Assembly: GCA_032718475.1 (NCBI GenBank)
Contig: JAUCBJ010008126.1
Span: 1 to 64,000, forward strand
Origin: Nemertoderma westbladi
Lineage: Eukaryota; Animalia; Xenacoelomorpha
Direction: 5' to 3'
Length of the DNA: 64,000 bases
Below, piece by piece: positions 13,387 to 25,941 of this stretch. Under the pieces are notes generated by a model. The model saw nothing but the letters and a program-made list of their open reading frames with translations, was not told the DNA's origin and made no database searches. Positions within the stretch are counted from its first letter, which is position 1; every line of letters starts with the position of its first letter. The position numbers were made by a program, and so were the translations under genes.

Positions 13387-14262
13387 CACCATGTCCTGGA
13401 ATATAGTGTCCTTATTCTGGTACTGATACCCCCCCCCCTTTTTTTTTTTTACAAATCTTAATGAGATTGCATGAACTTTGAAACAGAGATAGTTTCACCT
13501 CCCGACCACTGACTGGGTGAGCCAGAATTTTTATTTGTGCTTTCGTTCTTTAGCTACAAGTATTTGAAAAAGGTGTCTCTGTTGATATTGCACCAGTTAC
13601 ACCGCAGTTATTCTTCAAACATTTAGTGATTTGTTAGTACTAGTGGAAAGCTGGCCATGCAAGGATTCCAAATATGTAAAAATGTGTGAATTTGGTTGGG
13701 AAATAGCTGAGATATGGGCATTCGAATGTTGCATGTATTTGTTTCCGCTGCAGGCCATTTATTCTATTTAATAAATAAACAATGTTCTAGAACATTTTGA
13801 TTATGTATGAATATCCATGTACTAGTATTATCATGTAGGCATTGTATTGTTGCCAAGCTACTTATGAGATAAACAAAATGTTCTAGAACATTGTATATTT
13901 ATTAATAGAATAAATGGCCTGCAGTGGAAGCAAATACATGCGAAATTCGAATGCCCATATCTCAGCTATTTCCTAACTTGCATAGCCAGCTTTCCACTAG
14001 TACAGTCTACACAAATCACTATAAGGTTGAAGAATAACTGCGGTGTATCTGGTGAATTAGCGACGGAGACACGTTTTTTAAATGCTTGTAACTACAGAAC
14101 GAAAGCAAAAATAAAAATTCTGGCTCACCCAGCAAGGAGGATGGAGATGAAACTATCTTTATTTCAAATTTCATGCAATCTCATTACGATTTGTAAAAAA
14201 ATTAGGGGGGGGGGGGGGGGTCCAGGTACTTCAATAACGACACTATATTCCAGGACATGGTG
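13387..14262. mobile_element. Palindromic MITE/foldback element, Tc1/mariner-like (TA target duplication)
   Basis: TA|CACCATGTCCTGGAATATAGTGTC ... GACACTATATTCCAGGACATGGTG|TA. The two halves are imperfect reverse complements almost to the centre (~13830-13860). No transposase ORF. Confidence 0.88.
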
Positions 14263-15581
14263 TAAGCCGAGAGGGATTCACTGATTGGTGCTTGATTGTT
14301 AATTAAAATGGATTCTTTGTAATTTTGTAAAATATTGCCAAATTTAATGAAGGCCTATGTACAATATTATTATTAGTATTAGTATTATACTTTATGTTTT
14401 ATTAGTTAATTTGTATTTCATTTAAAACCTATCTCTTGAATGTTGCACTAACAACAATACCAATTGGTGATTTGTTTTGTTTTAAAAATTTAAAACTAAA
14501 TATTTTATTCCGATTTTTCACTTTCAGCCACGTATCCGAGTTGCTCTACTGTGTCACTCGTCCTCCGATTTCTCACTTAATGTTGTTCCATTTTTGTGAT
14601 TTTTACTAAAACAAAAAGTACGATTTTTAATTTTGTTGAGCTGCAGGCATATCGAACTTTTGTATTGTAATACTTTTAGCCAGATTGCATTTGTTTTAGC
14701 TAGGGGCTTTGGTTTATTGCCGCTTCAACCACAGAAATTCCAGTATATTTATCTTTAACTCTTTCTTTTGTTATCCTTTGCTTTATCGTTTTGTCCAACA
14801 GTCAGCATACATTTTGTTGTAAAATTGTAACTTATTGACATTCTGTATTTTTTAGCAATTTGTAATTTTTTTTGTAAACGTTATCTTTCTTTGCTGTATG
14901 TCATTTATTTTCCTCTGATTTATTTAATTATTAAAATATAAACTTACCTATTTAGTAACCTATGGAACTCTCTCACTCACATTCGCAGTAGCGCATACCA
15001 TTTATTTTACAGTTTGTTGTGACCGGCCTGTAATTTAATATTATTTACTGTTATTTGGCTGTGGTAATTGTAATGTTTGCAGTTTGTTTCACCACAGTTG
15101 CAAGAAATTATTCTCGTTCGTGGGTCCTTCGCGCAGCACGAGGCTCAGCTATGAGATACAAATTAAAATTAAGCAATTCTATCACAAAATCGGTACTTAA
15201 GAAATTCAAACAAACAGCCAATAAGAATAAATCAAAGAAGAGAGAAAAGTTCCCCCCTTCAACCCCCCTCTTAATCTGCAACATCCCAACCCAAAGGCAC
15301 ACAGAGGATTAATGAAAGGCAGAGGTATTAACTGTGGTGGCAATCCAATGCGGAAAAATTATTAAAGCGTACCTTATGCCGATTAATAACACATTTCTTA
15401 AAGTAAATCACTTGAACTAATTTAAAACTATAATGGAATGGGGTATGGGGATTACAGCTGTATAATTTTTAAGTATAATTATTTAAATCTTATACTAGAA
15501 AATAATTAATTACCATTAAAGGGCTGGCAGAAAAATGCTGTTTTTTACCGTAATCAACTCAATTAACTAATTAACTGCTAT

Positions 15582-15794
15582 TATCTTAGCTTCTCGAAGG
15601 CCACACGAAAATTAAACTTGTAAAATTTCTAAGTTTTCGCCAAACAACATGTGTACCAAGTTTGGTTAGATTTCATTTGTCCGAGTTATTAACGTTTAAA
15701 ATTATTGAACACAACAGAACGACAGACACACCGATTGAGTTAGTGGTACCCGTATGTGCTAAGCTCGCTTACTTTGGTGGCTCGCCCCACAATT
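15582..15794 (+). mobile_element. Dispersed non-autonomous repeat fragment (Helentron/DINE-1-like), copy 1
   Basis: Reverse-complement similarity to 24763-25153: TATCTTAGCTTCTCGAAGG, CAAACAACATGTGTACCAAGTTTGG and GTGGCTCGCCCCACAAT. The family assignment is inferred from motif style only. Confidence 0.6.
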
Positions 15795-16373
15795 AATTCC
15801 CGCCACCCAAATTTAACAAAACTGTCACTTTAACACTCGTGAATATTTGTGCGGAGATCTCTCTTGACCTAAATCCACCTACAAATCCTTCGGATACTCG
15901 TAACGCCAACCAATAGGTTTCGATATCTCTTCCCGATTTATTAGTTATTTTAAAAAAATTCTACCTGTTAAAAATTTCTGAGATTATTTCTTGCACCTGC
16001 CATACTATTATTTAAAAGTACATATTTTTATTACATTAATATTTATGTAGCCCAACATTAATTAAGTTATCTATCTCAGCTGCTGATTTACTCCATTTCT
16101 GATTAATTTACCCATTGGTATATTATTCTAAATAATCATAAATAAATACTTAATACTTACACATTTGATATTTTTTATTATTTTTAAACATTCAATAACA
16201 TAGATTCCAAATTCTTGCTTGTGACTACAGTATGACTAATGGCAATATATTTATTAATTATTGTGTCTTCTTTTGGAATTCTCGCATTCAATGCGGTAGT
16301 TCTCTTATCGTACGGCCGCCATTAGTAGGCGTTCACTGGTCAACCTAATATTGTAAGGAAAAGTGACGGAAAA

Positions 16374-18088
16374 GAGTATAAAAAAGGTGGCAAATATAAA
16401 TGAGTATTAAAGAGGGGCAAATATAAATGAGTATAAAAAAGGTGGCAAATGTAAATGAATATAAAAAAGGGGCAAATATAAATTAATATAAAAAAGGTGG
16501 CAAATATAAATGAGTATAAAAAAGGGGCAAATATAAATTAATATAAAAATAAAAAAGGTGGCAAATATAAATTAATATAAAAAAGGTGGCAAATGTAAAT
16601 GAGTATTAAAGAGGGGCAAATATAAATGAGTATAAAAAAGGTGGCAAATGTAAATGAATATAAAAAAGGGGCAAATATAAATTAATATAAAAAAGGTGGC
16701 AAATATAAATGAGTATAAAAAAGGGGCAAATATAAATTAATATAAAAATAAAAAAGGTGGCAAATATAAATTAATATAAAAAAGGTGGCAAATGTAAATG
16801 AGTATTAAAGAGGGGCAAATATAAATGAGTATAAATAAGGTGGCAAATGTAAATGAATATAAAAAAGGGGCAAATATAAATTAATATAAAAAAGGTGGCA
16901 AATATAAATGAGTACAAAAAAGGGGCAAATATAAATTAATATAAAAAAGGTGGCAAATGTAAATGAGTATTAAAGAGGGGCAAATATAAATGAGTATAAA
17001 AAAGGTGGCAAATGTAAATGAATATAAAAAAGGGGCAAATATAAATGAGTATTAAAGAGGGGCAAATATAAATGAGTATAAAAAAGGTGGCAAATGTAAA
17101 TGAATATAAAAAAGGGGCAAATATAAATTATTATAAAAAAGGTGGCAAATATAAATGAGTATAAAAAAGGTGGCAAATATAAATTAGTATTAAAGAGGGG
17201 CAAATATAAATGAGTATAAAAAAGGTGGCAAATGTAAATGAATATAAAAAAGGGGCAAATATAAATTAATATAAAAAAGGTGGCAAATATAAATGAGTAT
17301 AAAAAAGGGGCAAATATAAATTAATATAAAAATAAAAAAGGTGGCAAATATAAATTAATATAAAAAAGGTGGCAAATGTAAATGAGTATTAAAGAGGGGC
17401 AAATATAAATGAGTATAAAAAAGGTGGCAAATGTAAATGAATATAAAAAAGGGGCAAATATAAATTAATATAAAAAAGGTGGTAAATATAAATGAGTATA
17501 AAAAAGGGGCAAATATAAATTAATATAAAAAAGGTGGCAAATATAAATTAATATAAGAAAGGTGGCAAATATAAATGAGTATAAAAAAGGTGGCAAATGT
17601 AAATGAATATAAAAAGGGGCAAATATAAATTAATATAAAAAAGGTGGCAAATATAAATGAGTATAAAAAAGGGGCAAATATAAATTAATATAAAAAAGGT
17701 GGCAAATATAAATTAATATAAGAAAGGTGGCAAATATAAATGAGTATAAAAAAAGGGTAAATATAAATTAATATAAAAAAGGGGCAAATATAAACTAATA
17801 TAAAAAAGGTGGCAAATGTAAATGAATATAAAAAAGGGGCAAATATAAATTAATATAAAAAAGGTGGCAAATATAAATGAGTATATAAAAGGCGCAAATA
17901 TAAATTAATATAAAAAAGGTGGCAAATATAAATTAATATAAGAAAGGTGGCAAATATAAATGAGTATTAAAGAGGGGCAAATATAAATGAGTATAAAAAA
18001 AGGGTAAATATAAATTAATATAAAAAAGGTGGCAAATGTAAATGAGTATAAAAAAGGTGGCAAATATAAATGAGTATTAAAAAGGGGC
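16374..18088. repeat. A-rich 28-29 bp minisatellite (AAAAAAGG(T)GGCAAAT(A/G)TAAAT(G/T)A(G/A)TAT), ~60 copies
   Basis: Tandem units read directly, with higher-order alternation of variants. Confidence 0.95.
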
Positions 18089-19398
18089 TACAATATATGA
18101 TTATAATATTACTAATATTCTCGCACTGTTTATTCATCGCGCAGCACCAGTACCAGCACCAGCTGCCATTTATTAATCGATATTACATAGACAAGAATGG
18201 TCATGAGAGACTAATAAACTCGAAAACTGAAGTAAACATTACATATCTAAAAATGTAATAAGTGTCGGATATATAATACTGTAGTTTAAAATACGATCGT
18301 TTTCGATCGACGGTACATTTTTGAGTTCATAGTGAGTCTTACAAAGTTTTCGTTGCACTGATCCTCTGGGAGGTGAGCTTCTGCTGCTAATCGACTAAGG
18401 ATTTATAGTCAAAGTTCAAAAGCGAGCATTTGCTAATTCTTGCTTTTAATGAGCTATTGCTGATCGTATTGCTGTTTGTTCGTATGATAGGATATTTCTT
18501 TGCCCTAAATAGAAGTCCAAGGGAAGTGACGGAGTGAAGGGGACTCACAGTGGCATAGAATCCACTAACTCGTAGATGAGAGAGTTATTCGCATACCGCC
18601 TCAAACATAACAGGTTTCTGAAAATATGAAGATGTTTCCCATCTTACATGTCAATTGCTGTTGTTGACAGCGAGCCCAAATGGAATCTTAGACCACACAG
18701 GATTGATACCATACTGATACTTAGTAATTCGTACATAAACTACATATAATAACTGCGGTGTACTAACTGTAACTGCTGAAATATCACTGAAGACACCTTT
18801 TTTTAAACTCTTGTAGCTAAAGATTGAAATCGAAAATAATAATTTCTTATAGTTTAATAGATAGTATAATAGTTTCATAGGTCTTTGTTTTGTACACACA
18901 AGGTATCTGTCAGCTTTTAGAGCTTAGGTGTAGGTATGGCTGACTTAGTAACTGACGTCTATATAACTAATCTGATAAGAGTATGGAGTATTCGCCATAA
19001 AGTATGTTTCTAATTTCCTTTATACATGGCTAGTTCATTTGATTTTGGCTCGCGCCAATGTTTGATGAACATACACTTATATCCCTGACATCGGTGCCAG
19101 TTTATTGGTGTATAGTGGACACAGTTAATATTTCCATACCAATTAATTGGTATTAATCCGATTGGTTTGTGTTTAATAACTAATTATTCTTTGTTTTAAT
19201 TTCCGATAAAATGCGAGGTCTGTAACAGAGACGATCCGATCGAAAACTAATGGTATTCGAGATTGATAAAGTGTTTATTCCAAAATTGTAACATTACTCA
19301 ACGCCGTTAGTAACAGCGAGTTGTTATTTAGCACTTTACAACTTTAGAGGACATTACAGCATTGTATTGGCCTGTACATTTAGTATTATATTTGGTGT

Positions 19399-19489
19399 TA
19401 TTGTTTACGTGGTGACCCATGACGGCGTTAAGTAATGTCCACTAAGAGGGCATTACTTAACGCCGTCATTGGATACCACGTAAACAATA
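19399..19489. repeat. 91-bp imperfect inverted repeat (hairpin or mini-MITE)
   Basis: TATTGTTTACGTGG..ATGACGGCGTTAAGTAATG pairs with CATTACTTAACGCCGTCAT..CCACGTAAACAATA. Confidence 0.85.
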
Positions 19490-20379
19490 GGTGGAAATTT
19501 GCCTGACAGCCAGATAAGCCTACTGCAATACCTACCGGTAGGCGGGGTATAGCTATTAATAACCAGTAGGGCCTAGCCATATTATTATAACATGGCTCCA
19601 AACGCCACCATAAATATAAGCTAACTTATTTATAACATAATTTATGTCATTTTTACATTTATTTATACAGCAACTAATTTAATTTGTGCAGTTTCTATCA
19701 CTTATAATATAATTACAATCATATCGTAATGTTACAATATTGGAATAAAACTACATACATACTTGTTGCAAAGTACTTTACTGTGTTCTGATCCTCGTGG
19801 CTTTATTTTCACTCACTCACTAACGTTCGTTCGTGTAACAAAGCCACTCTGATCATCACATTATAAAGTGCTACTTTACACACAAGTATGTAAATAGTTA
19901 TTACAACGAATAATTATTTTATTTACAAACAAAATACCGGAAACCATAAACCATAATCGCTAAATGATATATGTAGCCTAAATTGATTTATCTTTATTAT
20001 TATTGTATTGTATTGTCAGTAGGTCGGGTTAGGATTAGGGTTAGGGTTAATATTATGATTAGGATGATTGAGAGTTAGGATTTGGCCCACTTAATATATA
20101 GACCTACCTCTAGATGAAATATGTAGTCAGTCATATATTACAGTGAAAATATTTATAATTAAAATAATATATTTTTTTTATGATTTATGTTTTAAATATT
20201 TTTCATTCAATAAAATATAATAGGCTATTATGCTTACAGCGCAATTTGTTTTTATTAGTATTTTCATGAATTAATTCTTAATTATTTTGCTTACAATAAA
20301 AATTTTAGGACTAAATAAATCAATCAGTAAAGTTAAAATTGCATTCCAATATTCGAGATTTCGTAAGCGTCTCTAGGCT

Positions 20380-21290
20380 ACTACAGTAGGTCAAGCGAGC
20401 TCGGACAGTGGAAATGAGATCCTTTCAGGCTTCCCGATTCTTCATAGTTGTCGCAATTTCGTTTTTCCCAAGTTCAGTATCCCTTTCAAGTTGATCTATA
20501 TATGTTATGGCCGGTCGTCCACGACTACGCTTTCCATGAGTTGGTTGCCAGAGAAGTAGATCTGGTATGACCTCGTCTTTACTTCGCCAACAGTGCCCAC
20601 TGAATCTTAATCTGCGTTCACGGAGGGTGGTTGATACAGGTGGTATTGTACCATAAAGCTCAGCGTTTGTCATGTGTTGTCTCCAGCTGATGGTTAGGGC
20701 TGCCCTTAGTAGTCTTGTGTAGCAACCATCAATTCGTTGTTCAAGTGATTTAGTCAGTGTCCAGGTCTCACCCCCGTATAAAAATACACTTTCCACTGTG
20801 GCTTGAAAGAAACTTTGTCTTCAGGTGCCTCGGAGAGATCTGATTTCCAGATGGTATCCATTTTTGATAAGAGTTTCCCATGCTTTAGATTACCTAACTT
20901 CTGTCTTTTGGTACTCGCTATCCATGATCCAAGGTACTGGAAGTCGTCAACCTTCCTTAGTTGATTATTATTAATTGTGGTCAGGTTTCCATCAACATTA
21001 AAAGTCACGAATTCTGTCTTGGGGGATATCGGCTACGCCTAGCTTATTCTACATTCGTGTGGTTTGAATCCAAGTTCTTTATGCAGCCCACGCTGTCTTC
21101 ATTGCGTATTACAATACAATTTTGAACAGTAATGGAGCTAATATGACAGGATTGTGAAGAACGCAACTTCATCTGTGTCACAATAACAATCAAATGCTAC
21201 AGTAGTAACGATTACATCTGGTATTCCATAAGCACCGGGTAGAGTCGAATGCTTTCTAAAGGCCACAAACCTGTTTCCCATACAGGTATC
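20380..21290 (-). pseudogene. Degraded RTE-clade LINE fragment (RT C-terminal region), a different subfamily from 21983-24429
   Basis: Frameshifted ORFs contain VDDFQYLGSWI, ESVFLYGGETWTLT, DGCYTRLLR, RRLRFSGHCWR and LLLWQPTHGKRSRGRP. An upstream remnant AYGIPDVIV lies near 21210-21235. Confidence 0.88.
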
Positions 21291-21722
21291 TTTGCAAGAA
21301 TTTCATTATTCATTTCTTTAATGCTTCGTTGTAATTTGGCAGTTGTAAATTCCTAAGTATCTATTGATAGCATCTTGTCATGTTTTCCTTGTAGGACTGA
21401 CCTTGACGAAGCTAAAGTATGCTGCTTTCAAATTTAAAAAATTGGCTATTTAATACCAAAACAATTTTATTAATGGAATTTTTATGATGGAATATTTAAT
21501 TTTCATAATTTAATCCGATTTTATTTATTTATTGTTTTATTGTATGTACAAATTCTATCCAATGTGGAATAAATAAAATCTTCACTTCATTAATGTAATT
21601 TTGCTAAGCTGGGCCCAACGATAATAATAAAATATTACATTAGTATTGTAACTATTTCTGCATAATACAGTAGGTGTAGGTCTAGTTTATTCATTTATTA
21701 AATATTGGGGAATCCATAGGAA

Positions 21723-21928
21723 ATGACCTCCTCCGATTGGTCAATGCTTAGAAAGTCTGGCAGTTCTTCGGCCGCCAGAGCCCAGAACACTTCCTGGGAA
21801 ATGAAACTAGACAGAGAAGTTAGCTATCTTTCTTTGGCACAAAAGTGGACTTATAATTCCATGACAAAGAACCAGCAGCGGATATCCAGACGAATGGATG
21901 AGTTGAATAGAATTCTAGAATCCAACAG
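21723..21928 (+). CDS. First coding exon of an uncharacterised multi-exon gene (N-terminal predicted coiled coil)
   Basis: ATG at 21723, MTSSDWSMLRK...RILESN. Donor AG|GTTCGT (phase 2), with an alternative donor TTC|GTAATA. Phase-compatible with the downstream exons. Confidence 0.6.
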
Positions 21929-21982
21929 GTTCGTAATAACGTAACACACTCCTTAGGCATAACAGGTAGTTGTCAAATACTA

Positions 21983-24429
21983 CTACTACTACTACTAGGA
22001 TCGGCATGCTGCATTGCAGCTGCATTTTTAAGAATGCTGTGCCGGCTTGTCAACAAAATTGCACCGCCACAACTCCCTATCACCCATGACATTTGCTAGA
22101 TCATCCGCATCTTTAAGGCCAGTGTCCTTTAAGATGCGTCTCAAGAAAGTCATGGGCTGTCCACCATGCTTATTCACTCCATGAGGCTGCCAAAGTACAA
22201 GATTATGCACTGGCTGGTCCTCACGGCGAAAGCAGTGTCCTGCAAAGCGGAGGCGATTTTGTTCTAGTGTCAAGCTTGGGGGAACCAATGAGACACCTCC
22301 AATGTTATATAGTGTCTGGTTGGAGATGTGTGCATTGTACTTGACACAATGAACCCGGCGTAGCATTCTTGTGAATGTGCCATCCAGAGATTTGGTGTCC
22401 TCAGCATTTAGAGCCCAGCATGGACTCCCGTAGAGGAGTACTGGAACTACTGCTGCTCTAAATAATCGGACCTTAAGTTTCCGATTAATTCTCGGTGACT
22501 TCCAAATCCTGGAAAGCCTATTCAAAGCTGCCCATGCCTTTCCCTTACGTATTCGAAGGTCCTCACCTGACTTCCGGATCCATGATCCCAGGTAACAGAA
22601 GTCGTCCACATGCTCAAGCATACCATCCTTTGAGCTTATGCTCATCCGATCAGAGACTTGCTGAGGACTTTCAAAGTTAACTGTCAGAATTTTGGTCTTT
22701 CTGGAGTTAATAAAAAGACCAACACTAGAAGCAGCATGTTCTAATGAGCCGAGGAGCCGTTGGGCTCCCTCTAATGATTCTGAGAGTACTCCTAAGTCAT
22801 CAGCAAAGTCTAGATCAGTTAGGTACTTGGCAGGATTTCCTCGACTTCTGGAGCCAGAAGGCGGAGTTATCATCACCCCATCATCATTATAATGATCTAA
22901 GGACATGCGTAGAACATAGTCAACCACAATAATGAACAAGAATGGTGCAAGTGTGTCTCCTTGGAGGACGCCCCATAACACTTCAAATGGTTCTGTGTCA
23001 CCGTCAACAGTAGACACAAATGTTGTCGAACCATCGTATACTGATCTGATTGCTGCAATAATTTCATCAGGAATCCCATATAATGAAAGTATGCTGAACA
23101 TACGTGAGCGAGAGACTGAATCAAAGGCCTTGAAGAAGTCAACAAAGATAACAGCCAGATGCCTGTCTTTCTTTTTTGATAACTCTTCAATTATCCTTCT
23201 AAGTGCCAAAGTGGGCTCCATGGTCCCACGACCTTTACGGAACCCATTCTGATTTCCACGGAGCAGTCTCTCCGTGGTCCGCCATTTAATAGAATCCTAT
23301 TGTATAGCTTTGCAGCAATCGAGATCAATGAGATTCCCCGAAAAGAACCATAGAGTGTTAGGTTGCCCTGCTTGGGAACTGGCACCAACTTATTTGTTTT
23401 CATTTCTTGTGGGACTCTTGTTGTTCGGTACATGTCTACTATGATGGGATAGATGAGCTTTAAACACTCAGGTATTTTAAAGACCTCAGGGGGAACACCA
23501 TCTACTCCACTGGCACGATTGGTCTTAATGCTCTTTGCAGCAGCCTTCACTTCTGCAAAGGAGATATCGCCAATGGGAATATCTGGGAGTACAGACTCAG
23601 ACACTTTTACTTCTATAAAGTTATCAGGCAATACCCTGTCATTATTGAGGAGCTTTTCAAAGTGGGCTTTCCAACCATTGAGGCGATTGGCTGGTGATTC
23701 AGCCTTAACCTTGGTGGTTGGTTGGCTTTTCCACCCAGTAAGCAGATTGATCGATTTCCATGCCTGGGATGATTGCCTGCTGTCGTCAGCATCATTGATG
23801 GCATCAACCTGTTGGTTTATTAGCTCCTGTAGATTAGCAGAGTACTGCCTGTTCAGGGACCTAGATGCAGCCTTAACTGCATTCTTGGCCGCTGTAGTCT
23901 GTTTGAGTCGGGACTCTTTCTGCGCCTTATGAAGGTCATTTCGGCACTTCTGAATTTTGTTGTCAGTCCAGGGGGCCCTTTTCCTGTTTCGGGGGTATAC
24001 AGGAACTGTTTCTGCAGCTGCTAACTTAACTGCTTCTGTAAAGGCAGTATAGCCCTCACAGTGATCTGCCGCCTCAGAGGCAAGAGCCTCATACCTGTTG
24101 CTCAGCTGTAGTGTGAAGCTGGATCTCACACTTGGCTGTTGCAATATGGAGGACCAGTCATGCCTTGGCAAGGCAGATTTCGTTGTTCTGCTAGCACGCA
24201 GACTAAGTCTTACCTTGGCCACAATAAGGCGGTGATCACTGGAGAAGGGTCGAAGTGTAAATGCATTATAGTCTTGTATAGAGCTCCTGTATTTCCTACG
24301 AAACAGAATATGGTCTATCTGGGACTTGTGACCACTGGGTCCACTATGAGTCCATAGCTTTCCAGTTCGCTTCTTGAACTGGGTTCCAGCCGAAAACAAT
24401 CCATTTCCAGAGATAAAATCCTGAACCAA
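21983..24429 (-). mobile_element. 5'-truncated RTE-clade non-LTR retrotransposon (APE C-terminus + RT) with one frameshift
   Basis: APE motifs SQIDHIL and SSDHRL. RT motifs NQNGFRKGR, FVDFFKAFDSV, GVLQGDTLAPFLF, DLDFADD and YLGS. Frameshift near 23280. (TAG)n tail at ~21978-21998. TSD TCAAATACTA at 21973-21982 and 24430-24439. Confidence 0.95.
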
Positions 24430-24553
24430 TCAAATACTAATCTAGTTACCGGTAGTCAATACATATGTGTGAAACTTATTATATAAAGTGAACATTATAT
24501 TACTGTGTCTCTTACATTATATTATTCCACCATTGATCATTTCAACTTCTCAG

Positions 24554-24672
24554 ACGCTCTTATTATCAAACCCTCGACCGGGATTTTCCCTGCAGCAGGT
24601 CCCGATAACGACATATGTAGGCCAAGTGAGACCACCCACAGCCACTGTCTACGGAACCGTTCAGCTGGTCAG
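24554..24672 (+). CDS. Possible internal exon of the uncharacterised gene (TLLLSNPRPG...RPPTATVYGTVQLV)
   Basis: Acceptor TTCTCAG| in phase 0 and donor AG|GTGAAC in phase 2. It fits only if exon 1 uses the phase-0 donor. The RPxTA motif matches the neighbouring exons. Confidence 0.35.
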
Positions 24673-24762
24673 GTGAACACCTTCGGATACGTAAGGGGAA
24701 GGCATGGGCAGCGTTAAATAAAAAAAATTACAATTATTATTCAATTATAATTATTATTTTTT

Positions 24763-25153
24763 ATTGTGGGGCGAGCCACGAAGTAAGTGAGCCTTACTAC
24801 TAGGATCGGCATGCTGCATTGTAGCTGCATTTTTAAGAATGCTGTGCCGGCTTGTCAACAAAATTGCACCGCCACAACTCCCTATCACCCATGACATTTG
24901 CTAGATCATCCGCATCTTCAAGGCCAGTGTCCTTTAAAATGCGTCTCAAGAAAGTCATAAAGTCAGAAAGTAGTGGTTCCATTAATCAACCTGTTGTTCT
25001 GTCGTTCTGTCGCTATTTTTCTGCAGTGTTCAATTTTGCACAATAATAACTCGGCCAATGCTCGATGAAATCTATCCAAACTTGGTACACATGTTGTTTG
25101 GCAAAAGTTTAGAAATTTTCCAAGTGGCCTTCCGCCTTCGAGAAGCTAAGATA
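24763..25153 (-). mobile_element. Dispersed non-autonomous repeat copy 2 (inverted relative to 15582-15794), interrupted by an RTE 3' fragment
   Basis: ATTGTGGGGCGAGCCAC ... CCAAACTTGGTACACATGTTGTTTG ... CCTTCGAGAAGCTAAGATA. Confidence 0.6.
24795..24958 (-). mobile_element. 5'-truncated (~165 bp) copy of the RTE 3' end
   Basis: Matches ~21990-22153 with about 3 substitutions and carries a short TAC-repeat tail. Confidence 0.93.
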
Positions 25154-25245
25154 AAAGTAAGATAAGCCACAATAAAAACAAATTTTTACCCTAATCAATA
25201 TATATTGATATACATATATTTATTGGATCCATATATTGATTACAG

Positions 25246-25356
25246 TGTTCGAGAGGGAACCCCTGGTCTCGCGGTTAATCCCCCAATGGTTGCCCTGGTA
25301 ACTCCTCCCTCGTCCAGTCGGCCATCCACAGCCAGATCCAACATTTCTACTGAAAA
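25246..25356 (+). CDS. Internal exon of the uncharacterised gene (VREGTPG...RPSTARSNISTE)
   Basis: TACAG| acceptor and AA|GTAAGT donor. 111 nt, phase 2-2, open frame, GC-richer than its flanks. Confidence 0.7.
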
Positions 25357-25541
25357 GTAAGTATAGATCAAACATATCTTCTGAGTAAGGTAAATAAGTA
25401 TACATCAGCTACTGAAAATCAACATATACACGATCACCAAGGTCTTCACAGTACTAAGGTAACTCTAGTTCCAACAGATCTACTTAATGTAATAATATAG
25501 ATGCAAAATGTTACCTGATTCAGATTCAATTATTTGTCTAG

Positions 25542-25711
25542 GAGACCCCAGTCGGCTGTTATTTCTACCAAGTACATAGAGAACTGTGATTGGCATTCAG
25601 TTCCCTACGCATGCACTTCCAATAGGTCTAAGAGTTGGGGATTCTTCCTTAGAGAAGGACGGAGGAGTGCTAGTTCATTGAAAAAACGACTTGCAGCAGA
25701 GTTAGATGAAA
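25542..25711 (+). CDS. Internal exon of the uncharacterised gene (RPQSAVIST...LAAELDE)
   Basis: TTTGTCTAG| acceptor in phase 2 and A|GTATGT donor in phase 1. Open frame. Confidence 0.68.
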
Positions 25712-25941
25712 GTATGTTAAATATAATTGTGTTAAATAAAGATTAAATACAAATAATGTTATATAAATTATTAATTTATTTCCAAATTTAATTCATTGTT
25801 CTTCTTATTACCTTATTGTTATTCAAATGGAGATAATTAACTTGATAATTTATATTTTCGTCTTGAATTGTTCGGAATTGTAGGTTTAGGTTCCTACTTT
25901 AAGACAACATCTCTAATAGTTTATTGTTGTTTATATTTTAG

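Noticed and set aside
20035-20048. TTAGGG x2 (also ~42094-42105) and CCTAA x3 at ~1512-1526 as telomeric sequence
   Set aside because: Only 2-3 units each and interstitial, so not a telomere.
22495-24357. Plus-strand and alternate-frame ORFs overlapping the RTE
   Set aside because: Shadow ORFs of the retrotransposon coding sequence.
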